Made by a program: the position numbers and the translations under genes. Positions 1 to 13,470 of a stretch of DNA of 64,000 bases are shown here, one piece after another. Each line of letters starts with the position of its first letter. Within the stretch, counting starts at the first letter, position 1. The notes under the pieces were generated by a model. It was not told the origin of the DNA, did not search any database, and saw only the letters and a list, made by a program, of their open reading frames with translations. This DNA comes from Octopus vulgaris (lineage: Eukaryota): contig OX597819.1 in assembly GCA_951406725.2 (NCBI GenBank), positions 81,096,001 through 81,160,000 on the forward strand. Reading direction: 5' to 3'.

Positions 1-55
1 AAATTCTTCTCTATTAAATTGGGTATTGAGCCAGTGAAAGATCGGATGTTTTCAT

Positions 56-142
<87 letters not shown>

Positions 143-145
<3 letters not shown>

Positions 146-469
146 TAAGTAATTAAGGGTTTAGCAACGAATTGCCTCACCAACACACCGAATTTAGAAA
201 TAGCAGTCAAAGAGATATAGCTATTCCTTCCACTAAAAGGGGGATCTCAGTAAAAACACAGCACTGAGATCCCCCTTTTAGTAGAAGGAATAGCTATATC
301 TCTTTGACTGCTATTTCTAAATTCGGTGTGTTGGTGAGGCAATTCGTTGCTAAACCCTTAATTACTTAGTATTACTTAAATTTTCCTCGAATGGGGCTTT
401 TACATGCCGAAATCTACTTGGTGTAATTGATAATTATTCCAAATTAATTAATTTCACCCTTTATTATTA

Positions 470-473
<4 letters not shown>
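143..473. mobile_element. Head-to-head inverted fragment of a (TA)n-embedded Penelope-LTR/retrozyme-like element
   Basis: About 143-251 is a near-perfect reverse complement of about 263-372. 263-473 is homologous (reverse complement) to 31823-32040. (TA)n lies on both sides. Confidence 0.7.
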
Positions 474-553
<80 letters not shown>

Positions 554-894
554 TGTATGTATGTATGTATGTATGTATGTATGTATGTATGTGCGTACGT
601 ATGTATGTACGTACGTATGTATGTATTTATAAAGTGTACTTGGCACATTTTGCCAATCATCTCTCGGAGAACTCTACTCTTCAATTTGAAACATTTTCAT
701 TGAGAATATGGATTGCTTTTGGAATATAAGTTTTCCAGTGACACTGCTTCAAAATGCGATGGACACTGGATTCTGGAGCTCTTAACTAACGACTCGCTAA
801 TAACTCAAATTTTCTTGAGCACTGGCAATACCCTTCTAGTATATTGTCTTGGCCTAGTGGGCTCTTCGATATTCCCGCTCATATATATATATAT

Positions 895-1690
895 GATGCT
901 AAGATGAATATAGAAATTGAGTCGTGAAGGCAAGCTCTGCTTTCGGTGACCGTTATCACAAGCTTTGGAGTAGCCACGACATATCGTTGAAGGTCGATGT
1001 ATATAAGTCGGGGGTCTTGACAACATTGCTTTATGATGCTGAATCTTGGATTTTGTGCCAAAAGCATATCAATCATTGACACTTTTCATATGCGATGCTT
1101 GCATACGATCGCCAACATTAAACTGATTGACCATATACATAATAAGGAGGTATTGACAATATGCAACATATCAGGTATTGAAGCTATCCTCATCAAAATG
1201 CAAATGGTCAGGTCATCTCTCATGTATAAGTGATATCAGAATTCCGAAGCAATTTCTCTTTGGTCAATTCTCAACAGGAAGGTCAGTTGGACGACCACTC
1301 TTGCACTTTAAAGACAAACTAAAAGGCAATTTGAAGCGATGCAACATTCCCTTTCTTTCTGGGAAAACAAAGCATCAGAATGCAAGACCTCGCGCTAGTC
1401 CTGCTTCTCCTCAGGTCAAAGATTTGAGCAAAGTCGACTCCAACATCAAGATCAACTTCATGCAAGTATGAAGGCACGGTGGTAAAACGCTGCTCCTCTA
1501 AATGGAGCATTGCCTGTCATTGTGTTTTTGTAGCACGAAGCAAAGCAAACATTGCCGTCTACTCAAGAAAACCAATAGTGAATGATCCACAGGCACTCAA
1601 GCAAATTGAGTTCTCAATTTGTCCCATTTGCCAAAAGGTTTGCAAGGCCTCAAGAGACACGTTCGTGTCCATAGAACATGATTAATAATA
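895..1690 (+). pseudogene. Decayed RTE-clade LINE, C-terminal RT region
   Basis: Frameshifted peptides VYKSGVLTTLLYDAESW, DTFHMRCLHTIANI, SGIEAILIK, RIPKQFLFGQ, GRPLLHFKDKLKGNLKRCNI are typical of the RTE/BovB ORF2 end. Confidence 0.8.
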
Positions 1691-1790
1691 TATTTTACTG
1701 AACCCTCATTTGTCGTCCACGATAGGAGAATCCATAATTTCATATATATATATATGAAATTATGGATTCTCCTATATATATATATATATA

Positions 1791-2183
1791 TTAATCAATA
1801 TAGGGTGGCAAAAAAATTTTGTAGAATTCTTTTGCCACCAGCGGCCTAGTGGGAAAAAATTTAAATAGTCATAAACCATTTTTAAGTTCAACATCACAAT
1901 CAAGGAACGGCCATAATAGGCCATTCACCCACTAGAAATAACAGCCAAAAGCTTCAACCGCAAAATAACATCAATTCCGTAAACCAGGAGAAAATTAAAA
2001 AACATTTACCCTGTAATTTCTTATACGATGCACCGTTTCATCTACTGTTTAATGGTAAACTAACCTGATTAAATTAAATCAAGCCAATCTACCATAGGCC
2101 CTTAGATTCATCAGTAAGAAATAGCCAAGTCGGAACAGATATTTTTCACGAGGCAATCCCGTTCCTGCCTCGTCAATATCTGA

Positions 2184-2186
<3 letters not shown>
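1791..2186 (-). mobile_element. About 400-bp hammerhead-containing element between two (TA)n tracts
   Basis: Bounded by (TA)n. Contains the hammerhead at 2016-2122, the shared motif at 1933-1948 and a terminal hairpin at about 1804-1839. Confidence 0.7.
2016..2122 (-). ncRNA. Type I hammerhead ribozyme with extended helix II
   Basis: Minus strand: AUUUCUUA-CUGAUGA-AUCUA...UAGAU-GAAA-CGGUGCAUCG-UA-UAAGAAAU. Helix I is 8 bp, the core is intact and the triplet is GUA. A 19-bp inner stem contains five G-U pairs. Confidence 0.9.
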
Positions 2187-2239
<53 letters not shown>

Positions 2240-2269
2240 TATGGTGGTTGTCTACACTTTATGCAGGGT

Positions 2270-2527
2270 TTGACGTTAATCCGTTAATCCGCCATTCGAA
2301 CATTATGGCCACACCATCTCATTTGGTTTCTCGCGTGTGTACCGTTGGCGATTTTTTTCCCTCTGTCTTCCCTTCTCTGGATCTTTCCTTCTCCTATGTT
2401 TCCGACGAAGAGCTCCGCTCGAAACGTTAAACCCTCCCTCTTTCCTTCTTTCCTGAGCGTCCAATAATACTATATTTGTTCCACGTCCTCGCGTTGTGTT
2501 TTTTGTGCTTTCATGTTTGGATTAACT
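2270..2527 (+). mobile_element. Short repeat with a minimal hammerhead-like motif (CCGACGA family), ending in (TA)n
   Basis: Near-identical to 15439-15630 and, inverted, to 17262-17470. Motif at 2398-2432: GTTT-CCGACGA-A-GAGC-TCC-GCTC-GAAA-CG-TT-AAAC. Confidence 0.75.
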
Positions 2528-2678
2528 ATATATATATATATATTGGTTTCAAACTTTGGCACAATGCCAGTAATTTCGGTGAGTGGGTAAGTCAATTATA
2601 TCGACCACAGTACTCAACTGGTACTATTTTATCGACTTTGATGGTATGAAAAGCAATGTCAACCTCGGCAGAATTGGA

Positions 2679-2709
<31 letters not shown>

Positions 2710-2772
2710 TGTATGTATGTATGTATGTATGTATGTATGTATGTATGCTTGTATGTTTGTATGTATCTATAT

Positions 2773-2831
<59 letters not shown>

Positions 2832-3126
2832 TATATGAACTTGAAAATAAAAATGGGAATACATGCTGGAAATTATTTTTTCCAAAAGATGTAAAACTTC
2901 TGCTAGCCCGCCACCTTTCAGTGTCGTCAAACAAAAGTATTATTAGTCAAGTAATGCCAGCAATTTAATCTGCTATATTCCACTACAAAAAGAAAAATAT
3001 TAATAAGTATGTGTGCGTATATACTTACATAAGAAATGAATGCTAAATAATTTTGATAAGCTTTCGTATACTTCTTTTAACCGTTTCCCTGAATTTTAGG
3101 GTTACCAATATGTGTGAGTGTGTTTA

Positions 3127-3187
<61 letters not shown>

Positions 3188-4403
3188 TAGATATATATGT
3201 ATATAATGTTAATTAGCAATGCAAATGTTAATTACCGTTACAAATTATTGAACTTTATTGCTAGATATTAACTTATTTGTATTTTTTATAGGCTGCATTC
3301 CACAGATTTTTAAAAATCAAAATTTTTTTTGTTTTGTTTTTGCGTTGCAGAAGCTTTATGATCATTTGCCAACGCTTGTCCCCCTTCTCCCGCTTCTTTC
3401 AGTGCCTTCTACAAACTTTCTCTCTTCGTCAACACACTTCAACTCCGTCCTTGCAATTAGTGTCAGTTACAATCTGCCACCCCAACAAAATATCACAGTT
3501 ACATTGTCTTAAATTGACATGAAGGGCTGTTGAAGTCAATTAAAAAGAAAATGATACTCAATAAAAGTATCAATAAAAGTATCAGGCCTCATCAAGAACA
3601 TTCAGCTGATGGCCATGTTTGTACCATAAATATCATTTGCGGGAAATTCGCCGAACAATCTTGGAAGCAATGTTTATGCGTGCGTTCCGTTATATCCTTC
3701 GCCTTCCTCCTCACCTTTTCTTCATATTGATATTCTTATTTGTTTTGACAGATGGTGGTGGATGATAGAACCGGTAGAGTATCATATACAATACTGCATT
3801 GGGGTATTTAGTTATGTATCTTTATGTTCTGAGTTCGAATCTAGTCGCAGTCAATCATAGTTCTCTTCCTTTCGATATTCGGTAAAAATAAAGATCAACT
3901 GCAAATTTCTGGTCCTGCGTCAATTAAGAAATCAATATACGTCCTGTCAAAATTTGTAGAGTATCAAAAATGATAGAATGTTGGAGTAAAATCTTTACAC
4001 TTTGAGTTCCAATGTCATTGAGGTTAATAAACTATGAATAGTAATACACGGAAAATCAATTAAAGTTCTTGCTAAAAAATGTATAGATAGCTTTGTGCTG
4101 ACACATTAAAGAAATATCAAGACAAGATATTGAAGTGGTATAGATGGTGCAGTGCCTATTTAATCCCGTCTATTATATGCTGAGTTTAAAACATTCTGGA
4201 GTCGATATGGATTTTAATTATTCAGTGGTTCATATATTTGTTTCAAATTTTGACACGAAGCCTACAAGTTCGGAGGAGGAGTTAAGTCGGTCCCAGTGCT
4301 CAACTGGTACTTATTCTTTCGACCCCGAGAGGATGAAAGGCAAAGTGTCAACCTTTGGAGAATTTTAACTCAGAATGTAAAGAGCAGGACATGCTAATGA
4401 TTC

Positions 4404-4817
4404 TTATTTCTTTATTGCCCACAAGGGGCTAAACATAGAGGGGTCAAACAAGGACAGACAAAGGTATTAAGTCGATTACATCGACTCCAGTGCGTAACTG
4501 GTACTTAATTTATCGACCCCGAAAGGATGAAAGGCAAAGTCGACCTCGGCGGAATTCGAACTCAAAACGTAACGGCAGACGAAATACCTATTTCTTTACT
4601 ACCCACAAGGGGCTAGACACAGAGAGGACAAACAAGGACAGACAAAGGTATTAAGTCGATTACATCACTCCAGTGCGTAACTGGTACTTATTTAATCAAC
4701 CCCGAAAGGATGAAAGGCAAAGTCGACCACGGCGGAATTTGAACTCAGAATGTAACGGCAGACAAAATACCGCTAAGCATTTCGCCCGGCGTGCTAACGA
4801 TTCTGCCAGCTCACCGT
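4404..4817 (-). mobile_element. tRNA-derived SINE family A, tandem dimer
   Basis: A-box-like GAGCTGGCAGAA, B-box-like GAGTTCAAATTC and core GACTTTGCCTTTCATCCTTTCGGGGTCGATAAATTAAGTACCAG (resembles the Meta-type SINE domain). Older copies flank it at about 4240-4385 and 4845-5050. Confidence 0.85.
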
Positions 4818-5383
4818 TTTATCGACATAATTAATAATTTCAGATTTTGGCACAAGGTCAGCAACTTTAATGGAAGGGGCAAGTCGATTACATTGACTCC
4901 AGTATTCAACTGGTACTTATTTTATCGGTTCCGAAACGACGAAAGGTAAAGTCGACCTCGGCCGTATATGAGAACAGAATGTAATGATATACAGAATGCT
5001 ATTAAGCATTTTGTCCGGCGTGCAGGCGATTCTACTAGCTCGACACTTTATCGACATTTATAATTGACAAAGCCTAAATGACAATGTCAAGGAAAATCCT
5101 TTGCAGGATTTAGTTGCATCGCATTATATTTTGAGGTAAATTTTTCTGATTTCAAAGTCAATTTTGCCTTTAACCCTTTCGTGGTTGATAATAGAAAATT
5201 ACCGATTCAGCATTGAATTAGTTTTATCGCCACCGAACCCCATCAGAAAAATCCTTCCCACCCCGGCAAAAAAACCCAAAAAACCCCAAAAACTGTAATC
5301 TTGTATCAATGCTTGAAATAAATATTTATCCCAGAAATGAGTTAGTGTTTCGCTTCGATTCCAGGTTGAAACAATTTTATATT

Positions 5384-5598
5384 CTTTTCTACTGTAGGCA
5401 CAAGGCCCGAAATTTTGGAGGAAGGGGCCAGTCGATTAGATCGACCTCAGTACGCCGCTGGTACTTGATTTATTGACCCCCAAAAGAATGAAAGGCAAAG
5501 TCGACCTCGGCGGAAGTTGAACTCAGAACGTAACGGCAGACGAAATACGGCTACGCATTTCGCCCGGCGTGCAAACGTTTCTGCCAGCTTGCCGCCTT
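5384..5598 (-). mobile_element. SINE family A
   Basis: Same head and core, with the CCCCTTCCTCCAAAATTTCGGGCCTTGTGCCTA-type tail. Confidence 0.85.
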
Positions 5599-5750
5599 AA
5601 ACCATTTTATATTATATATGTTACAACCGCCACTGGGATAATATAAGTATTACACTTTATTCTTTGTTTATTATTTTAACACACTGAAATTTCGTCGTAT
5701 CTTAAACTGCAGTGGTGATACTTTAACTCTTTTTTTCCCAACCAGTTGTA

Positions 5751-6950
5751 CTAATCTCTCCCCTCTTTCTCTCTGCAATAGCACGCCCTTCTTACCTTCT
5801 TGATAACATTTTTCATCGTGGTTACCCTCTTTTCGATTTCAACATTTTTTTCGTATATTATGCGGTTTCGTAAATTTCTCCCTGTAGGCATCTCTCTCTG
5901 ATATCTTTCACCACTGTCTTCGTCTGACACATATTCCTCTGTCTCAAATTCGCTGTCTCTTTCGTTTTCATTCTTCTGTCGTGCTCCTTCTTCCTTACTG
6001 GTTGAAGGCAACGGTTTCTGAGTTCGTATTTCACTTGATTTTACATTTGATTTTACATTTCTCTTCTTTTCTTTCTTGTTCTCTTCCACGTTTCTTTTTC
6101 TTTTTCTCCTTGGGGCTTTTGGGTGGTGATTCTAAATTCCTTTTTCTTTTCACTACCGTAAATTGCTGTACTCTCTTCTTGAATTTCTGTTTCTATTATT
6201 TCCTCCTCGTGTTTCTGGGACACTTGGTCTTCATGTGTCCCATTACTCCACACGCAAAACATATTGGAGGTCTACCCTTCACAACAATCCTTAATCTGGT
6301 CTCGTCAGGTAGCACCAGTTCTTCCACAATCTTATGGAGGTCTGGCAGGCTTATATGGACTATTACTTCTAGCCCATATCCCCATCAGTTCACCTCCGTA
6401 GTCTTCGACATTTTTAGAGCTTCTGTATATTCCTCTATATGATAGAGGATGGCTGCCACCAGCAATGCCTCGTCAATTTCAGGGGGCAATCTACCTATCC
6501 TTACTCTGGCCTCACGCTTGCCACAGTGGTAGTGGTAAGTAGGTAGTAGCCCACACCGCTGATTTCAAGGCTACAATGGAGTACTTATTTGCTTCATTCT
6601 CGTTTACGAAGCGCACCTCCACCGTGCCAAACTTCCGTCCTCTGCTGTAGAACGTGGTTGATTCTTTTATTTCTTTCAAACACTCCTCAACCGCTTCTAC
6701 GGATGCCATCTCTGTCTTTTCCGATGCTATGTTTAGCTTTCTATATATGATAGTTCTCATTTCCGTATTCTCAATAACTTCCTTGGGAGGTATCAGCCTT
6801 AGACAGTCTCCCTCCTTTTTTAGCAAGGTGTTGTATTTCTTGAAGTCCTTGTCATTGACTTCTAATTCACGGACTTGCAGTAGCTCTGCTGACAGGCTTT
6901 TGCCAGTCACTGCAGCATAACTGCCTGTTTGCACTGATCTATTCTCCATA
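5751..6950 (-). pseudogene. Gag/ORF1-like zinc-knuckle protein of a non-LTR retroelement, frameshifted
   Basis: N-terminal SYAAVT motif, then VVKGRPPICFACGVMGHMKTKCP (CX2CX4HX4C at 6220-6261), then a long charged tail. Several frameshifts and stops. No ORF2 follows. Confidence 0.75.
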
Positions 6951-7794
6951 ATAATATTCTTCCCAACTTCGCCCATAAATGGGGAAGACAAATAAAAATT
7001 GCAACAAATTCAAGTAATAACAATAATTCAAAAATTCAAGAAATAACAGGTTTACAATAACTGGTTAACAATAACAGGACTTACATGGAGTGTACACGCT
7101 TTCTACTCAAAGACAACGACAAACGTTTCTGCCAATTCACCGCCTTACAACACTGGCAACATTATGTGATCAACATGATATACCGATTTATTTGGCCGAA
7201 TCGTTAGAAAGTTGGATACATTACCCTGCTTTATTCGTCCTAGCTCTTTGCCCTTACTTTTTCTAACATCCTAGCTAATTTCACACTTAGCTATTCTAAC
7301 GTCCCTATTCTCTGCTCTCTGGGCTTAACTACTGGGGTCAACTTTTCTTTTCAAGTTATCAGGATTTATAAATACACTATCAATCCTGTCCTGGGGATAC
7401 ATTCTTGGAAGAAATCGACAGTACTGAGATCTTGAGCTGGATGAACCTTGCCAGGAAAATGACTTCAGTATTTGAGTGGTACATTATGCTTTTCGACCCC
7501 GGGGGTATGAAAAGCAAAGTTGACCGCAGTGTAATTTGAACTCAGAACGTAAACCCCACTAGAAAAAAACCCCGAAAAGTAGCTTCGACGCTTTAACGAT
7601 TCTGCCACCTCGCTGCCTTACAGTATGTAGTAACAAACCCGATAAAGATACATCAGGACAAAACACGTGTGATGCCTGGATAACAACTTAAATCGCATTC
7701 AAGGCCATTGTAAGCTGCTGGGGCCTACCTGCCTACATACATGTATACATTTATGTATCTGACAAAAAAAAAAAAAAAAAGAGGTAATGTTTAT

Positions 7795-8480
7795 ACCTGT
7801 TCCAGGCGAACTTTATGTCGAACCAAATATCGTAGAATACAGCTCAAGATTAGATGTAGTGCGATTGACAGTTTTGTTTACCTGGTTTGCATATTGTTGA
7901 GAGACGGCTTCCTATGTATTGCCCATAGAAATACATCTACGCATTTAGAAAACATCTGTGTCATTTGGGAAGCGCGAAAAGATAGTCTAGGCAGGTCATG
8001 GCACCACCAGCAATGCCAAGTTACGTGTTTACAAGGCTTGTGTACTAACAGTTCTAGTGTACTCTTCTGAAACATGTACAATACACTATTGGCATCTCAA
8101 GTTGCTTGAGCGCTTTCATAAAAAATGTTTGAGACGTATGCTCAGCATCAAGTAGCAAAGTAAAACACCTGACACAGAAGTCCTTGTAAAAGGTAGGATG
8201 CACAAACATCGGGTCACTCATCAATTTACTCAGATGCATTGAACATGCCACGCTGTACATATAAAAAAATGAAAAGGTGAATTGTACACTGGAAGCGTCC
8301 TCAGTATAAGCCAAGAAAAAGGTACAAAGACTAAATAAATGTAAGGTGAAGGAACCGCAAATCGATGTAAAAAAAACTGGGAAGAACTAGTTTTGGAAAA
8401 TGCTGAGTAGAGAAAATATATAAGGTAAGGTGGTGAAACTTTCGAAGAAGGCTGCCTTGAGCACAAAAGGCTTAAGCGTT
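7795..8480 (+). pseudogene. Decayed RTE-clade LINE RT fragment
   Basis: Peptides DSFVYL, KLRVYKACVLTVLVYSSETC, HLKLLERFHKKCLRRMLSIK, TPDTEVL, RPQYKPRKRYKD. Confidence 0.8.
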
Positions 8481-8721
8481 GGTTTGGGAAGGGCTGTCAT
8501 CAGAACCCCGATGAAAATATAAAGCATGTACCCGTATGCACTTTTCTAAGGTTGGGTATTTCAACCATTTGAAGTACCTGTGTATGCATGTGTGTACGTA
8601 CGGATGTATGAATGTATGAATGCATGTATGAATGTATGTTATGGTTGTTATGGGAATGTGAATCATCTTTATTGTTTCTAGAAGGTAGATATGCCAGAAT
8701 ATTTGCTAGTTCACTTTAAAT

Positions 8722-9032
8722 CAGAGGTTTCCAACCGTGGTCCATATATGACTTTTGGAGGCCCACAATAGCAAAATAGTAAATTGGTCACCCACAAAGT
8801 ATTTTAAGGGTCCATGAAAAGTTTTGATTTAAATTTATGTATTGCATCAAAGAACTAGCCTTCTTTATCTATCATTTTACTCTATCTATCAAGTGAATGA
8901 GCGAAAAACAAAATGGGAATTTTGAAAGAAATAACTGTAAAAATTAGTTTTTAAATATCGAATGAGTTCACCACAATAAAATAGAAATCAAAATGGTCCA
9001 TAGATTAAAAAAAAAATGGCTGAGAACGACTG
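8722..9032. mobile_element. hAT(Charlie)-type MITE
   Basis: Imperfect TIRs CAGAGGTTTCCAACC / GGCTGAGAACGACTG, with 8-bp TSD CTTTAAAT (8714-8721) / CTCTAAAT (9033-9040). Confidence 0.7.
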
Positions 9033-9565
9033 CTCTAAATACTTAACACGGTTTAGAACCATTAAGACGAAAAATGAAAATTTTTAGAAACCTGCTTCAC
9101 CACTGAATAATTCATTTTCACGTGGTGTATCGAATGCAGGTCGGCTCTGTGAAGCGCATCCTTCTTTATATTAGCGACTATGAACGGGGATAGAAAAGTT
9201 TGAAGTGGATGGCTTTTTCAAATATCGAACATACGACATAGGCTATTAGAATTCGATTTTTAAAGAAAAAAACAAATGAAGTACGGCCTGAGATTTATTA
9301 ATCTTGAAGTATTAAGATGTAGAGTAATGAGTTGATAAAAAAGAAGTTTAAATCACTGGAAGAAAGGTAAGATTATTTAGTAAAGTTTGTTTACGTAATA
9401 ATATTTTTTTAGACGAAATTTGGAAATAAACCAAACAAGAAGGCATCATTTCCCACTTCTACTTCCCTTTCTCCTCCTCTTCCTTATCTTCGTCTTATCA
9501 TTATTCTCTCCTTACACTACCTCTGCACTTTTCCAGCCCTTTTCTACATCCTCCAACTCGTTGTC

Positions 9566-9566
<1 letters not shown>

Positions 9567-9622
<56 letters not shown>

Positions 9623-9630
9623 GTCGTCAT
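9567..9630. repeat. (TCA)n microsatellite
   Basis: Direct reading. Confidence 0.95.
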
Positions 9631-11442
9631 TACTAGTTGAATTGCTTGTCTGAGTAGGGTGTGGCTGGAGAACAAACAATTTCCATTTCTTTTCTCTTTC
9701 TTTCTTTCTTTCTCTTTTTTTTTTGGCTCACTCTCTCTCTCTCTCTCCCCTCGTGAATCTAGTCTGTGACAGCCGATGCATATTTTCTAATTACTAGGCC
9801 GTGTTAGCTTAATTAAACTTATTGATTAGACAGCGATATAGAGAAAGAAAATTACATTTGCTTACGAGATGCGAGAAAATGTGACACAACAAACATAAAA
9901 CAAATGGCTGTGATTGAATAATTGAATAACAAAGCACCTATAATATTAGTTGTATTAATTTAGGTTCGCTGACGCCGAAAACAGAATGATTTATACAAAT
10001 CAGTCACCATTCATCGATTTTTATATCCACGCAAATAAAGACATAGTGAAGGTGGAATGCATTGCGCTTTTTTTTTGTTACACACACACTCATATATATA
10101 TATATATATATATACACGTTGGAAACCATACGTGAAACCAAAAAAACATTGATAAAAACATAATGTTTTGAAGAACGAGAGAAAATCAAAGTTAACGAAA
10201 ATATACGGTAATCAACACGAGAGAGATGCAAAAAACAATCTAATACTATTATTGCAGTTAATGATATTGATGACATACATACATACGTACATACATACAT
10301 ACATACATACATACATACATACATACATACATACATACATACATACATACATACATACATACATACATGTGAACAGCCTGCAGCTATCATACTGTTGACA
10401 CGATCGTATGTGTGTATCTTCACTGTGATGATAAATGATAAAATGAATAAGTTTGTGTCTATGATGGACGCTGAACGCACGACGCAGTTTATTAAAGCGG
10501 TGGTTGTATGTAAGAAGAAAAGCGATATAATGATTATGTTGGAAACTATAATCACACAGTCAAGGCATGAAATCAGAAAAGAGCGAGATTCGGGGATCGG
10601 TCGAGGACATTTGCCGTTGGGCAAATGTATATCGACAGGGAGTAAGCAGAAATGTCCCTAGGGAAGGTGAAGTGCATAAGTTAGTATGGCTTCCGCAGGG
10701 TCTCTTATGAAGTTAAGATTGCTTGGTCTTAGTATTTACCGGTTTTCTTTTCGCATCGGCAACATGTGACCAGCAATTTAAGAAGACCTGCTCTCTTTAT
10801 GTTATTAAAGCTAAGGAATATCTTCATAACGATAATTTAGTATATCGTTTCTTTCGATATTTCTCTTCAATCTCCAGTCATTTTCACTCTTATCATCGCA
10901 TCTCTCTCTATCTATCTTATTTTCCCATTTTCTTTTTGTTTGCATCGTCTTGCAAGCCTTTGACGTCTTCCCCACCAACCAAACACAATATATAATCGAT
11001 TAGTCCTACTGTATTTCAGTCGAGCTTCTACAAACAACATTAATGATTCCTAAGTAGCTGTGTTCAACTCTTACTCGAGTTACAAGAAGCGACGAAGGAA
11101 AGAAAAAAAGAAAGAAAGTAGTAAAGAAAATATTTTGGTTCGAAATAAAAACAAAAATATACGTTAAGTGAACCGAACAAATATAGGAGCCTTTGGGTAG
11201 TTGCTGGGCTGGGCCTCTTAGAAATAGCCACCAAATCTCCTTAAACTCATATCTCGATGTCTTAGAAACCGACACTACTGAATACTCTGTACAAAGGAAA
11301 AAGACGGTATGTTTATGACTGGAGGTCAGCTCAGTCAGGGCTAAACTACAACAGCAACAGCAAAAGCAACTATATCAAACAGTGTATTGTATAGGCTCGG
11401 GTGAAATGAAAATCAATATGCAATAAAACTGGATTTGTTCCT

Positions 11443-11660
11443 AATGGAGGGAGTAACAGATGTTTAAAAAGAGCTTTTGGTACCATATTTAAAGGAAATG
11501 AAGTATTTCTTTTTTCCTGATGACGAGAGCATTCCTTGGCAGTGAATCGTAAGATTCACATGTACTCTTTGAATGAACTCTAGAAATGATCGTCGGAATA
11601 CTTCATTTCCTTTTAAAATGGTACCAAAATCTCTTTTTAAACATCTATTACTCCCTCCAT
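11443..11660. repeat. Inverted repeat (arms about 66 bp) around an 87-bp spacer
   Basis: AATGGAGGGAGTAACAGATGTTTAAAAAGAG...GAAGTATTTC is mirrored at 11596-11660. Confidence 0.85.
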
Positions 11661-12074
11661 TCCATAATTTATTTTGAATTTTTAAAAGAAATGTCTTTCT
11701 ATATTTCATTATTCTTATCTATATTATTTATCTATACTCTATTATATTTATATATCTATATATTTATTTATCCTTGCATATTTTTAACATTCATATATAT
11801 TTTTATATTTCTATATCTTTATATTCTAAATCTATTAATATATGTTTTAGAGACAATTTTATCGTATTAAATCCGTATATGTACACATCAATCGTAGTCT
11901 CCTTGAGTTGAACTTCTCTGTTTCTTTTGCACTTGTCTAGCGTCTCGGATTTGACTCAAGCACTTACATGCTTTCTATGCGTTTCTAAAGAAAATTTATA
12001 ATTACATACATACATACATACATACATACACACATACATACATACATACATACACATACACACACACAGACACA

Positions 12075-12185
<111 letters not shown>

Positions 12186-13123
12186 AGAACGATTGAATAA
12201 GTATCAGGATTAAAGAAAAGTCCTTGGGTCGATTCATTCGACTAAAAATCCTTCAAGGACTTGCTCCAGCATGGCTGCAGTCTAGTGACTGAATCAAGTA
12301 AAATAATAGTAATGTTAGGTAAGAATAGTAATGTTAGTTGCTGGTTAACCAGCTGGAGATGTTCTTCTGGAGTTAAAAAATAGTAGGAACGTCGATCCGT
12401 ACGGAACAGCCATGTTGAAGTGGCAACAAACATTATTTTTCTGTAGAGTTACTACTTGCATTTCTTATAGAGATTTTAGAACTAGCTTCTTTACTTGTTT
12501 AAAAGAAGGGATGCTTTAAAGGAAGGAATCTGAATAATGACTGTTCTGGGATAAATATAGAAAAGCCCTTCTTCCTGAATGAATATATAAACACAAGGAA
12601 TACTTTGAAGCATTCTTACCAATACTTCAACCAACTGCAAACATTACACTCAAGATATTGTTGTTTGAGACAAAAAAAAAAAAAGTATGTACGGTCATGC
12701 ACGTCAACTGTCTTGCTGATGTGAATTTTTTACTTTGAAAATCAAAGAGAAAGACTCTAGCTTGGAAACATCTGACTTCTAGACCTAGATTTAAATTCAT
12801 ACGTATATTAAATTCATACGTATGTCAATAATAAGTGGTGCACTTAGTTAAGTGAGTAAATACCTCGGTCATTATCTGGATAAACTGAAGTTTTCAGATA
12901 AAGAAATCACCCAGTTAACTCGTACATTAAAAACACGATCTGTAAGCGGAAAAGTAAAACTATACAAGACTTTTCTCAAGTTCAAATTGTAAATTTGCTT
13001 TTCTATCAACATTCTAACGATGGGGCTTTGTATCTTTGTTAGAAAACAGCTCCTTCTTACAAGACTTCAAATAATTAAACACAGAAGAGAGCAATCATAC
13101 ACATACAAACAACACTCCCCTCA

Positions 13124-13470
<347 letters not shown>

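Noticed and set aside
1722-1775. Perfect short palindrome ATAGGAGAATCCATAATTTC-(AT)n-GAAATTATGGATTCTCCTAT
   Set aside because: A fold-back centred on (AT)n is most simply a template-switch or assembly artefact.
8440-8512. CTGATGA on the minus strand at the end of the RTE fragment
   Set aside because: No pairing helices, so likely a chance heptamer.
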